This document shows, in pieces, positions 8,892-18,602 of a DNA stretch of 64,000 nt. Where the stretch lies: NCBI GenBank assembly GCA_951812955.1, contig OX638340.1, positions 2,688,001-2,752,000 of the forward strand. Direction: 5' to 3'. The notes beneath the pieces were generated by a model, which saw only the letters and a list, made by a program, of their open reading frames with translations, was not told the origin of the DNA and did no database searches. Within the stretch, counting starts at the first letter, position 1. The number at the start of each line of letters is the position of its first letter. A program made the translations under genes and the position numbers. This stretch comes from an uncultured Gemmatimonadota bacterium (GTDB taxonomy: Bacteria; JAAXHH01).

Positions 8892-10883
8892 TCAGACCCG
8901 TTTGATCCCCTCGCACAGATCGATCATGGCGGAGAGGATGGATTCCGCCAGGCAGTCGATGGCTTCCCGTGTTCCCGCGATGTCTACCGAGGCCGCCGAA
9001 ACGTAGCACTTGACCGTGGGTTCGGTGCCCGACGGTCGCACGATGACCCGCGTATGTCCGGACTCAGAAAAGGTGAAGACCAGGATATCCGCGCGATCGC
9101 CGTCAACGGGCGTAGTCGTTCCCGTTCGCAGATCCTGCGCCTGGCCGCTCTGCCGGTCGATCACGCGGCAAACGGCGCGTCCGCCTATCCGCTCGGGAGG
9201 CGCTTCACGCAGCGCGGCCATCATGCCTTCGATCCTCCGTGTGCCCTCCGCGCCGGGCAGCGCGACCGACCGCTGGACTTCCCTGAAATATCCGTACGTT
9301 CGGTAGATATCGTCCAGTTCATCGCGCAGGGTGCGGTTGTCCTTCTTCGCCAGGGCGGCGAACTCGGCGAGCAGGATGCCGGTGGCAGCCTCCTTGTCCC
9401 GTATCCGGGCGTCGGCCAGATAGCCGTGGCTTTCCTCGGTACCGAACACGAAGGACATATCCGGCGGCAAGCCTTCGATCGCCGCGCCAACGTGTTTGAA
9501 ACCGATGGGCAGGTCGTCGATGACCTCCAGTCTGAAGGACCGGGCGATGATCGAGGCAAGGTCCGAGGTGACCAGCGTCTTGCAGAACAGACCCCTAGGG
9601 GGCAGCGTACCCGCCGCTTGCTTCCGGCTGAGTATGTAGTGGCAGAGGAGGACGCCGATCTGGTGACCGTTTAAACTCAGTTCTTCCGGCGGAGCTTCCC
9701 ATCCCCTGTCCGGCAGCGGCAGCGCGCACCCGATCCGGTCGGCGTCGGGGTCGCTCGCGAGCACGAGGTCCGCGCCGACTTCCGCGGCTTTTCTGAAGCC
9801 CAATTGAAAGGCCGCCGGTTTTTCGGGGTTTGCGATCCCATGGTCCAGCGTGGAGAACGCACCGTCCGGGACGACCTGCTCATCCACGTAGTGCACGTCC
9901 TCATAACCCAGCTTATCCAGTGCCGCGGCCACCGAGGTCATGCCCACGCCGTGCAGTGGGGTATACACCACACGCACGTCTCGGCCATCGGCCAGCGACA
10001 GGTCCGACAGGACGCCGATATACCCCTCGTCCAGGTCCCTGCCGATGATCCGGATCAGGCCGTTTCGGAGGCCTTCTTCGTAGTCGATCCGCCTGATCTC
10101 ACCGGCCTGCCTCATCTCTCTCGTGATGTCCCCGTCCCGGGGCGCCACCACCTGCCCCCCGTCGGGTCCGTAAACCTTGAATCCGTTGTCTTCGGGTGGA
10201 TTGTGGCTCGCGCTGATCATCACACCGGCCGCCGCCCGGAGTTCGCGGACGGCGAAGGAAAGCGCGGGGGTGGAGCGAAAACCGTCGAAGATCAGGACGT
10301 CTATGCCGTTGGCGGCCAGCACGCCGGCCGTCTCTTTCGCAAACAACTCCGAATTGCGCCGGGTGTCCCATGCCACGACGACGCCGCGCGCCCCAGCGGG
10401 ACCGCGGTGATTTTCACTAACTTGCCCATCACCGCCTTGCCCATCGCCCTCGAGCCCTGCACCGACACGTTCCCCGTCGCCATCGTCGCCCTGCCCATCG
10501 CCGCCTCGCCCATCACCTTCGCGCTCTGCACCGACGCGATCCCTGTCGCGCTCTGCACCCTCGCGATCCCCATCGCCTCTCCCCATCATCCCGGTGACAT
10601 ACCTGGCCAGTCCCTGTGCCGCCAGGCCCACGGTGTGGGTGTTGAGCCGGTTCGGCCCCGGTCCCATCCGACCTCGGATGCCGCCCGTTCCAAAGGAGAG
10701 GACCGAACCGAATGCGTCCTCCAGTTCGTCGGTGCCGCCGGCATCGATGAGGGCATGGATCTCATCCCGGTACGCCGCGAGGCCGGGCTCCGTAGACCAT
10801 AGTACCAGGGCATCCGAGGCCGCACGGGACAGGATGCCGTTTTCGGTCCAGGCGTTGATCCTGCTGACGCGTTGTTGATTCAT
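8892..10883 (-). CDS. Phosphoglucomutase/phosphomannomutase-family alpha-D-phosphohexomutase, with a low-complexity insertion
   Basis: N-terminus ...AFGSVLSFGTGGIRG and the active-site ISASHNPPEDNGFKVY are as expected. ATG at 10883, so the track ORF's 105-aa N-extension is rejected. A Gly/Asp/Arg-rich insertion of about 65 aa is present. Confidence 0.8.
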   Translation of the reverse strand: MNQQRVSRINAWTENGILSRAASDALVLWSTEPGLAAYRDEIHALIDAGGTDELEDAFGSVLSFGTGGIRGRMGPGPNRLNTHTVGLAAQGLARYVTGMMGRGDGDREGAERDRDRVGAEREGDGRGGDGQGDDGDGERVGAGLEGDGQGGDGQVSENHRGPAGARGVVVAWDTRRNSELFAKETAGVLAANGIDVLIFDGFRSTPALSFAVRELRAAAGVMISASHNPPEDNGFKVYGPDGGQVVAPRDGDITREMRQAGEIRRIDYEEGLRNGLIRIIGRDLDEGYIGVLSDLSLADGRDVRVVYTPLHGVGMTSVAAALDKLGYEDVHYVDEQVVPDGAFSTLDHGIANPEKPAAFQLGFRKAAEVGADLVLASDPDADRIGCALPLPDRGWEAPPEELSLNGHQIGVLLCHYILSRKQAAGTLPPRGLFCKTLVTSDLASIIARSFRLEVIDDLPIGFKHVGAAIEGLPPDMSFVFGTEESHGYLADARIRDKEAATGILLAEFAALAKKDNRTLRDELDDIYRTYGYFREVQRSVALPGAEGTRRIEGMMAALREAPPERIGGRAVCRVIDRQSGQAQDLRTGTTTPVDGDRADILVFTFSESGHTRVIVRPSGTEPTVKCYVSAASVDIAGTREAIDCLAESILSAMIDLCEGIKRV
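10400..10605. repeat. Degenerate tandem repeat (about 63-bp period) encoding a [GDRE]-rich insertion inside the phosphohexomutase gene
   Basis: Repeated gccctgcaccgacacgttccccgtcgcc-like units. The encoded protein segment is GRGDGDREGAERDRDRVGAEREGDGRGGDGQGDDGDGERVGAGLEGDGQGGDGQ. Confidence 0.7.
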
Positions 10884-10951
10884 CTCATGAGAGGAGGATT
10901 GGGAAACCGCGGTCGAGCGCCACGTTTTCCATGTGGAGTTCCGTGTCCCCT

Positions 10952-12907
10952 TTAGAAGAACTGGAGTTCGTGTATTGACCCTCGAAAATACCAGAAGTCC
11001 ACCAGGATCGCAACGGCGGCGCCGAGGACATAGCCTACCATGATGCCGATCATCAGCGGCTGGACAGCCTGGTAGAGGCGTACACCGCCTACCCTGATCA
11101 GTATGGTTTTCAACAGCCAGGCCAGAAAGACGGGAAAGAATGCGTTGCGCGCGGGACCGCCGGCGGCCACCACGAAACCGATAGGCGAAATGGGCCACCA
11201 GCTGAAGTAATAGCGGGCAACGCTCATACCCGTGACCATGGCCATGCCCACGACCAGGAAGAACACCTCCGCACCCGAAATGGTGGTACTGTTCTGCATC
11301 CAGGTTATGATCAAGTTATAGAAACCGGGGTCTCCGGCGATATTGTTGTAGTAATTCGCCGCACCGCCCAGCCGGTATCCGGAATAGGCCGAAAAACCGA
11401 TGGCCGTAATCGAGCTGACGACGAAGGTGACCGATGCCCAGAAGAACAGGACCCGTCCGGAGACGCCGAGTATGGACTGCATCCGCGCGACGTGGGAGGG
11501 GATGATCATCGTAAAGGTCTTCCAGTTGCGTGCAAAAGCGCTTCCCAAGCCCAGGGCCGTCAGGTTCTGCGGCGACAGTGAGGCGGAGCCCAGCATGCCC
11601 ACAGTAAACTGGTGGGCGTTGATGGGCAGGTCCAGGAAGACCAGCCCCGATTCCGCCATCACGCGGCACAGTGCGAAGTAGAAGAGGAAAAGCAGGACGA
11701 GAAAGACGGCGATCACCGGGAAGGACATGCCGATCACGTGCAGCCACCAGGAGATATAGGCCATGCCGCAGACGCCCGTGACCAGGGCCGCCCGGTAGGA
11801 AATGAACTCGTCTTCGTCGCGCAGGTTCGTTTCGTGTCCCCGTACGTGGCGCCACACCATCGCCAGGTGCCGCCGCGCGATCCAGAAACCCCAGAGCGCG
11901 AAGGCGATCATGCCCCCGATGAACTGCACGGCGACCAGTCCGCCCGGTATGGCCGTACCCGAGGCTGCGACAACGCCGACCCGGGCCAGGATGCCCTGCT
12001 GTAGCGTATTGATGATCTGGAACAGCCACACGCTGAAAAGGATATCCACGTTGATGAAGTAGGAGAAGGCAAAGGTGAGGACGTTCATTCGGATTGGATG
12101 CGCCGGAAAAGCATGTCCGAAATTAACGCTGAGCACGGTGCTCGCGTCGACGGGAAAGGACGACCACTGGGTCCAGTATGATGCGGTGTTCCAGAGCATG
12201 ATGGAGAAGGTGACCACCGCGCCGGTGATGAACATGCGGTTTCGCATGATCGTCGGCAGGACGGCGTCCGGCTCATCCTTCGTTTCCGTCATGACGACCG
12301 GCGCCTGGACGAGGGGATAGGAAAGCCGCTCGTGCTCGACCCACTGCCTGCGCATCAGGATGACGAAGCAGATGCCCACGGCCAGGAGGCCGCCAAAGAA
12401 AGACAGCCACCAGAACGACGGAATGATCCAGGCCGCCCAGGGGATCGGCATGCTTTCTGGTAGGCCCCAGTAATAGTCCCGGTTCGCGTTCTGTTCGTTC
12501 GTGACGATGAGCCAGTCGGGCAGATAGGCGAAGAACATCTCGCGCCACTGGTTCTCGGGCGACGCGAAGTATTCCGCCGTGGCCATCACGTTCACGACGT
12601 AGTTGGACATGCCCCAGGTCGGCACCATGAAACCGACCCAGCCAAGTACGAAAACGAAGAGTACTTCTTTGTCCCGCAATCCCAATGACGGACGGATCGC
12701 CTTGACCAGCAGGTTGGGACCCAGGACACCCAGCAGGAAGGGAATCAGCAGGGCGAGATCTATGTGGGCGAAGGTAAGGTGCACATACCCCAGGTGGTAG
12801 TTGCTCGACACGGAGAAAAGATTGACGACGACGGCCAGGGCCAGGCCCGCCGCCACCGCCCGGGGCGTTACCACCTTCGAGGAGGTTCTTTGTTCCAGTT
12901 CGCTCAT
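10952..12907 (-). CDS. Uncharacterised polytopic membrane protein (651 aa), paralog A of a tandem pair
   Basis: At least 12 predicted TM segments. Conserved blocks (NANRDYYWGLP, FSYFINVDILFSVWLFQIINTL, YYFSWWPISPIGFVVAAGGP) are shared with the downstream paralog. Confidence 0.7.
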   Translation of the reverse strand: MSELEQRTSSKVVTPRAVAAGLALAVVVNLFSVSSNYHLGYVHLTFAHIDLALLIPFLLGVLGPNLLVKAIRPSLGLRDKEVLFVFVLGWVGFMVPTWGMSNYVVNVMATAEYFASPENQWREMFFAYLPDWLIVTNEQNANRDYYWGLPESMPIPWAAWIIPSFWWLSFFGGLLAVGICFVILMRRQWVEHERLSYPLVQAPVVMTETKDEPDAVLPTIMRNRMFITGAVVTFSIMLWNTASYWTQWSSFPVDASTVLSVNFGHAFPAHPIRMNVLTFAFSYFINVDILFSVWLFQIINTLQQGILARVGVVAASGTAIPGGLVAVQFIGGMIAFALWGFWIARRHLAMVWRHVRGHETNLRDEDEFISYRAALVTGVCGMAYISWWLHVIGMSFPVIAVFLVLLFLFYFALCRVMAESGLVFLDLPINAHQFTVGMLGSASLSPQNLTALGLGSAFARNWKTFTMIIPSHVARMQSILGVSGRVLFFWASVTFVVSSITAIGFSAYSGYRLGGAANYYNNIAGDPGFYNLIITWMQNSTTISGAEVFFLVVGMAMVTGMSVARYYFSWWPISPIGFVVAAGGPARNAFFPVFLAWLLKTILIRVGGVRLYQAVQPLMIGIMVGYVLGAAVAILVDFWYFRGSIHELQFF

Positions 12908-12997
12908 GCTCTATACGGCGCGCCGCGATCTGCGCATTGGTCGGTGCCGTGGCCGGCGCGTTCACCGGACGGCAAGTGGCCCATAACGGGTCCCGTT

Positions 12998-14953
12998 TCA
13001 AAAGGAATGGGGATTATGAACGGCTCCGGGAAAATACAGCAGATCGGCCAGGATAGCAATGGAAGCGCCAAGGACGTAGCCCACGAGGATGCCGATCATC
13101 AACGGCTGAACGGCATGGTATAGCCGCACGCCGCCTGCCCTGATCAGGATGGTTTTCAACAGCCAGGCGAGAAGGACCGGGAAGAAGGCGTTGCGGGGCG
13201 GACCGCCGGCCGCTACCACGAAGCCGATGGGTGAAATGGGCCACCAACTGAAGTAGTAACGGCATACAGTCATTCCCAGGACCATCGCCATGCCCGCGAT
13301 CAGAAAGAACACCTCGGAACCGGAAATCGTCGTGTTGTTCTTCATCCAGCTGATGATCAGGTCGTAGAATCCGGGGTTACCTGCGATATCAGCGTAGAAG
13401 TTCGACGCGCCGCCGAGCCGGTATCCGGAATAGGCTGTGAAGCCTACGGCGGAAATCGCGCTGAGGGAGAAGGCGACGGCGCTCCAGAAGAACAGTGTGC
13501 GCCCTTCGACGCCAATCACCGATCTCAGCCGCGCGACGTGGGACGGTATGATCATGGGAAAGGTCTTCCAGTTGCGCGCGAAAGCGCTTCCCAGGCCCAA
13601 CGCCGACAGGTTCCGGGGTGAAAGCGAAGCGGAGCCCAGCATGGCGACGGTAAACTGGTGGGCGTTAACGGGAAGGTCCAGGAAGACCAGTCCGGATTCC
13701 GCCATTACGCGGCAGAAGGCGAAGTAGAATAGGAACAGCACCGTCAGAAACGCGGCGATCACCGGAAAGGACATGCCCACGGCGTGCAACCACCACACGA
13801 TGTAGGCCATGCCGCACGCCCCGGTGATCACGGCCGTCCGGTAGGAGAAGAACTCGTCCTCGTCACGCAGGTTCGTGGCGCCTCCCAGCACATGGCGCCA
13901 CACAGTCCCCAGGTGCCGCCGCGCGATCCAGATCCCCCAGAGCGCGAAGGCGATCATCCCGCCGATGAACTGGACTGTGACCAGCCCTCCAGGTACGGCG
14001 GTTCCTGAATCTGCGATGATGCCGAGCCGGGCCAGGACGCCTTGCTCCAGCGTGTTGATGATCTGGAAGAGCCATACGCTGAACAGGATGTCCACGTTGA
14101 TGAAGTAGGAGAATGCGAAGGTAAGGACGTTCATGCGAATGATTTGAACCGGGAAGGCGCGGCCGATCTCGATATTGATCAGGAACTTCGTATCGATGGG
14201 AAAGGACGTCCATTGCGTCCAGTATGACACCGTGTTCCAGAGCATGAGGGAAAACGTGATGATAGCGCCGGTGATGAACAGCCGGTTGCGCATGATCGAC
14301 GGCAGGACCGAATCCGTTTCGTCGTCCGCATCCGTCATGACGACCGCCGTCTGCGCGAGGGGATAGGAAAGGCGCTCGTGCTCGGCCCATTGCCGGCGCA
14401 TCAGGACGACATAGCAGAGGCCGACGGCTAGCAGGCCGGCGAAAAAGGAAAACCACCAGAACACGGGAATGATCCACGCCGCCCAGGGAATCGGAGCGCC
14501 GGCAGGAAGACCCCAGTAGTAGTCCCGGTTCGCGTTCTGTTCGTTCCTGATAATTACCCAGTCCGGGAGAAAGGGGAAAATCAGTTCGCGCCACTGGTTC
14601 TCGGGCGTGGCGTAGTATTCCGCCGTGGCCATCATGCCGACCAGGTAGTTCGACATGCCATAGGTGGGTACCATGAAACCGATCCAGCCCAGGACGAAGA
14701 CGAACAGGAGTTCCTTGTTTCGCAGTCCCCACGACGGATTAATCGCCTTGACCAGGATATTGGGGCCAAGTACGCCCAGGAAGAAAGGGATCAGCAGGCC
14801 GAGGTCGATATGGGCGAAGGTGAGATGGGTAAACCCGACGAGATAACTGGTCGACACCGACAGGATGTTGACCGCGACGGCCAGCGCCAGACCCATGATT
14901 ATGGCCCGGGGGGTCGCTGCGCGCGGGCTGGACGGGTCGACCGTATCGGTCAT
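12998..14953 (-). CDS. Uncharacterised polytopic membrane protein (651 aa), paralog B
   Basis: Collinear with paralog A over its full length at roughly 70% identity. Confidence 0.7.
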   Translation of the reverse strand: MTDTVDPSSPRAATPRAIIMGLALAVAVNILSVSTSYLVGFTHLTFAHIDLGLLIPFFLGVLGPNILVKAINPSWGLRNKELLFVFVLGWIGFMVPTYGMSNYLVGMMATAEYYATPENQWRELIFPFLPDWVIIRNEQNANRDYYWGLPAGAPIPWAAWIIPVFWWFSFFAGLLAVGLCYVVLMRRQWAEHERLSYPLAQTAVVMTDADDETDSVLPSIMRNRLFITGAIITFSLMLWNTVSYWTQWTSFPIDTKFLINIEIGRAFPVQIIRMNVLTFAFSYFINVDILFSVWLFQIINTLEQGVLARLGIIADSGTAVPGGLVTVQFIGGMIAFALWGIWIARRHLGTVWRHVLGGATNLRDEDEFFSYRTAVITGACGMAYIVWWLHAVGMSFPVIAAFLTVLFLFYFAFCRVMAESGLVFLDLPVNAHQFTVAMLGSASLSPRNLSALGLGSAFARNWKTFPMIIPSHVARLRSVIGVEGRTLFFWSAVAFSLSAISAVGFTAYSGYRLGGASNFYADIAGNPGFYDLIISWMKNNTTISGSEVFFLIAGMAMVLGMTVCRYYFSWWPISPIGFVVAAGGPPRNAFFPVLLAWLLKTILIRAGGVRLYHAVQPLMIGILVGYVLGASIAILADLLYFPGAVHNPHSF

Positions 14954-16443
14954 AGGCTGTACAGGGAGCTGTACTTATCGTGTACGTAAGCCAGGAAGTA
15001 ATCCGCCGATAGCACTTCGCCGGTGACGTGCTGCACGAGTTCACCGGCGCGGTAGGTCATGCCGGGCCGATGGATGCGGTCCCTGAGCCAGTCTCGAAGG
15101 GGAAGCAATTCTCCGCGTGCGATTCGTTCCGACAGGTCGGGTATTTCCCGCTCGGCGGCGCGGTAGAACTGGGCGGCGTAGAGATTCCCAAGGGTATAGG
15201 TGGGGAAATACCCGAAACTTCCGTGCGACCAGTGGATGTCCTGCAGCACGCCGTCCCGGTCGTCCGGTGGCTCGATGCCGAGAAAGGCCTTCATATTCTC
15301 GTTCCATACCGCCGACAGATCGCCCGCCGCGTATTCGTCCGTGAACAGTCCGCGCTCTATTTCGAACCGGAGCAGGATGTGGAGATTGTAGGTGATTTCG
15401 TCCGCTTCCACCCGGATGAGCGAGGGTTTCACCTCGTTAACCGCGGCGTAGACTTCTTCTTCGCTCACGTCCGCCGAGTTTTCAGGGAATATCGCCGAGA
15501 ATTCGGGGAAGAAGTGTTGCCAGAATGCCCTGCTTCGACCGACCATGTTTTCCCACATACGGGATTGGGATTCGTGTATGCCGAGGGACACCGAAGCCCC
15601 GCGGGGCGTGCCCTCGTTCTCCGGGTCGTGTCCCTGTTCATAGAGACCGTGCCCCGCCTCGTGGATCACGCCGTAGAAGGATTGCATGGGGAGCGTCTCG
15701 GAATACCGGGTCGTCATTCGGACGTCGTTGACGCCCATGTGCGTGCAGAATGGATGGGGAGAGATATCCAGGCGGCCTGCCTCGAAATCGAAGCCCATGC
15801 GTTCGGCGGCCATGACGCCCATGCGCCGCTGGTCGTCGACGGGGTAGTTACGCTCCAGGAAATCGGTGCGAGGCTTGACGCCAGAGTCGGCGATGCGCTG
15901 CACCAGGTCCACGAGGGGACCACGTATAGAATCGAAGACCGCCGCGGTCTCTTTCGTCGAAGCGTAAGGCTCGTATTCATCGAGCAGCGCGTCGTAGGGT
16001 TCGTCCTCGTATCCCACCGCCTCGGCGACCTCGCGCTGGAGGGCGACCAGCTTGTCGACCCACGGGGCGAAAGCCGGGAAATCATCCTCCTGCCGGGCTT
16101 TGATCCACACACCGATGGCCGCCGAACTCGTTTCCGCCAGGTCCTTGACCAGGCCGACGGGGATCTTTACCGCCCGGTCGCTGAAACGGGAAATCTCGCG
16201 GACGTTGACCTCTTCGTCGGCCGTCAGCGATTCGGAACGGGCCCCGTCCAGCGCGCCGCGCATTTCATCGGAGGTGATCCGTTCGTGGGCCATGCCTGAG
16301 AGCGTGGCGAGTTGCCGTCCCCTGCTGGCCGCGCCCTTGGGGGGCATGTAGGTTTCCTGGTCCCACCCCATCAGGGCCAGGGCGGCGTACAGGTCACTTA
16401 TCTCCCGATAGATCTCCATTACCCGATCATAGTGCTTTGGCAC
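14950..16443 (-). CDS. M32 metallocarboxypeptidase (carboxypeptidase Taq family)
   Basis: HEAGHGLYEQG (HExxH), HPF and IRVEADE motifs. Length is typical. Confidence 0.85.
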   Translation of the reverse strand: MPKHYDRVMEIYREISDLYAALALMGWDQETYMPPKGAASRGRQLATLSGMAHERITSDEMRGALDGARSESLTADEEVNVREISRFSDRAVKIPVGLVKDLAETSSAAIGVWIKARQEDDFPAFAPWVDKLVALQREVAEAVGYEDEPYDALLDEYEPYASTKETAAVFDSIRGPLVDLVQRIADSGVKPRTDFLERNYPVDDQRRMGVMAAERMGFDFEAGRLDISPHPFCTHMGVNDVRMTTRYSETLPMQSFYGVIHEAGHGLYEQGHDPENEGTPRGASVSLGIHESQSRMWENMVGRSRAFWQHFFPEFSAIFPENSADVSEEEVYAAVNEVKPSLIRVEADEITYNLHILLRFEIERGLFTDEYAAGDLSAVWNENMKAFLGIEPPDDRDGVLQDIHWSHGSFGYFPTYTLGNLYAAQFYRAAEREIPDLSERIARGELLPLRDWLRDRIHRPGMTYRAGELVQHVTGEVLSADYFLAYVHDKYSSLYSL

Positions 16444-16523
16444 GGCGTATATCTCCCTTGTCTGGAACCGCTCTGGCCGTTTCTCGTCTGTCAGGAGGCT
16501 TCCGTGAGCGGTCTCGTTTCTCT

Positions 16524-17819
16524 CTAGTTGCCCAGGACCGGTTGGACGCGCAATTCAAGCAGGCCATGGGCCCTTCGAAGCACTTGTTCCACCTGGCCGG
16601 GTTGATCTCCTCGTGCGAATATGAAACCGGGGTAACTGGCGCCTTCGGGAAGCGGAGTCAGCAGGTCGCCTTCCTTTGCGGTGATTACCACGTCTTCCAC
16701 GCCCGGAACCTTCTTCGCCGTTTCGACACCGTCGTATCGCAGAAACTGTCCGCTTTCCGGAACGGGCAGCATCATCACGCCCGCGGCCTTCGTCTGCCCG
16801 GTACTTCGCCCGAAGTCCGTCGCGTCGAGACCTGTACCGCTCGTGTCCTGTCCCAGGGCGTGACGCAGGATGAGTTCCTCCAGGGACAGCCCGATTCCGA
16901 ACTCCAGGACGCGCGAGCAAAGCCCCCCGATGGATCGGCCGGCGATTTCAATGATCCTGGCCTCGCCGTGGTGGATGCGCAGTTCGGCGTGGACCGGACT
17001 CTCCGACAGGCCCACGGCCGTGGAAGCCCTTTGTACGGCTTCGGCTACGACCTTTTGCGTCTTGCCGGGCAAGCGCGAAGGCGTTATGTAAATCGACTCC
17101 TCGAAATAGGGCCCCTCCAGCGGATCGGGCTTGTCGAACAGCGCGAGCACGCGCAGCAGTCCGCCGGTCAGTAATCCCTCCAGGGCTACCTCTGCGCCTG
17201 GTATGTAGGATTCCACCATGATGCGTCGGGCGTCGGGATCGAGGCTCGGCGGCCTGTCCGTCGCGCTGTCGAGTAGGTGGCTGATTCTCCGGAATGCTTC
17301 TATAAAGCCTGATGGCGAGTCGGCCCGTATTACGCCCCGGCTGCCCGATAGCAGGACGGGTTTGAGCACACAGGGGTAAGGTTGCTCCAGCGCGATTTCC
17401 TCGACCGGGACCGACAGGTCGAACAGGGCGAAATACGGGTTCCATACCCCCGCGGACGAGAGCATTTCACGCATGCGGTACTTGTTGCGCGCGGCGACGG
17501 CCGCTTCGGGCGTGTTGTGCGGAAGGTCGAGGATCTGACATGCCCTGGCGGCGATCTCGGTGGTATAATCGTCGACTGGTACGATGGCATCGAGGGTATG
17601 ATCACGGGCGTAGGCCACGATTTCCTCCACGGCCTGCGACACGTATCTCAGCCGAAGCGACAGCGGGACGTCCCAAGCTTCCGCCAGCACGTGGCAGAAG
17701 TCCGAACCCACGACGACTTCAATGCCCATACGCCGCGCCGCAGCCAGAAACGGATCCGCGCGATAGGTCGTCGTCGGCATCAGGAGCAGTAGTTTTTTGG
17801 ACCGGGTCTCTGCTGGCAT
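16524..17819 (-). CDS. ATP-grasp domain protein (carboxylate-amine ligase-like)
   Basis: A pre-ATP-grasp fold followed by ATP-grasp fold features (VLKP, ESYIPG, EINPR-like). Confidence 0.65.
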   Translation of the reverse strand: MPAETRSKKLLLLMPTTTYRADPFLAAARRMGIEVVVGSDFCHVLAEAWDVPLSLRLRYVSQAVEEIVAYARDHTLDAIVPVDDYTTEIAARACQILDLPHNTPEAAVAARNKYRMREMLSSAGVWNPYFALFDLSVPVEEIALEQPYPCVLKPVLLSGSRGVIRADSPSGFIEAFRRISHLLDSATDRPPSLDPDARRIMVESYIPGAEVALEGLLTGGLLRVLALFDKPDPLEGPYFEESIYITPSRLPGKTQKVVAEAVQRASTAVGLSESPVHAELRIHHGEARIIEIAGRSIGGLCSRVLEFGIGLSLEELILRHALGQDTSGTGLDATDFGRSTGQTKAAGVMMLPVPESGQFLRYDGVETAKKVPGVEDVVITAKEGDLLTPLPEGASYPGFIFARGDQPGQVEQVLRRAHGLLELRVQPVLGN

Positions 17820-17911
17820 GGTTAGACTGGAAAATAGAAATTTTGTCGATCGAAATCAATGAAATCGCCCGCCCCGTCGAGATACCATACACAGGTATAG
17901 CGAAAAAAAAA

Positions 17912-17941
17912 CTTGCATACGCAATCGCGTAGAAAATATAT
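17912..17941 (+). promoter_or_regulatory. Candidate sigma70 promoter for hup (TTGCAT-18-TATATT)
   Basis: Reading of the AT-rich divergent region 118 nt upstream of the HU ATG. An imperfect palindrome tacgcaatcgcgta overlaps the spacer. Confidence 0.3.
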
Positions 17942-18058
17942 TGCACGTACATTTCGCTTAAATCACCCGCAGGCACGGGACCTTAGAACGGTCTGTCGCG
18001 GGAATTCTCGCACTCTATCGGGTGCATTACTCCCATTATTTCATCTGGAGGGTAATCA

Positions 18059-18331
18059 ATGAATCGCACAGAATTGGCCGGTAAGGTCGCTGATGCTACC
18101 GGGTTGTCCAAAGCGCAAGCCGATAGCGCGGTCGCCGCAGCACTCGACGCCATCAAGAGCAGTCTCAGTGACGGCGATTCCGTCACGCTGATCGGCTTCG
18201 GCACGTTCAGCGTATCGAATCGTGCTGCTCGCCAGGGGCGAAATCCCGGTACGGGAGAGTCCATTACGATCGCTGCGAGAAACGTGGCCAAGTTTACGGC
18301 GGGCAAGGCTTTAAAAGACGCCATAGGCTAA
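18059..18331 (+). CDS. hup: HU-family nucleoid-associated DNA-binding protein
   Basis: MNRTELAGKVADATGLSKAQADSAVAAALDAIKSSL...GFGTF...RNPGTGESITI is a canonical HU/IHF fold sequence. Confidence 0.9.
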   Translation: MNRTELAGKVADATGLSKAQADSAVAAALDAIKSSLSDGDSVTLIGFGTFSVSNRAARQGRNPGTGESITIAARNVAKFTAGKALKDAIG

Positions 18332-18342
18332 GAAAAGCTACG

Positions 18343-18375
18343 GGGCCCGTCCGGCCTCATCGGTCGGACAGGCCC
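18343..18375 (+). terminator. Hairpin downstream of hup (GGGCCCGTCCG/CGGACAGGCCC, one mismatch). No clean U-tract.
   Basis: Inverted repeat read directly. T-runs follow further downstream at 18459-18465 and 18496-18502. Confidence 0.3.
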
Positions 18376-18602
18376 TGTTGAACGGTACTCGGACAGCCGG
18401 GCCGGAGAGGCCTGCCGGAGCGAATAAAAGCTTCAGTCGCCCCGGTTAGTGACGATCTGCCTGTCCTTTTTTTAAACGGATCCTTGAATCGTTCGTTTTT
18501 TTGCCTTGCTAAGCACACGTGTGCATATCCGGCTCAGGTAGACTGCACGAACTCGTTAGCGTTCTGTCGCACCGACATCGAGAAGACAACTGGAGGATTG
18601 CC

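Noticed and set aside
10390-10610. Possible CRISPR array, here or at 30547-30670 or 55125-55290
   Set aside because: The repeats are contiguous tandem units with no unique spacers of regular length. Two of them are in-frame coding sequence. No cas genes are present.
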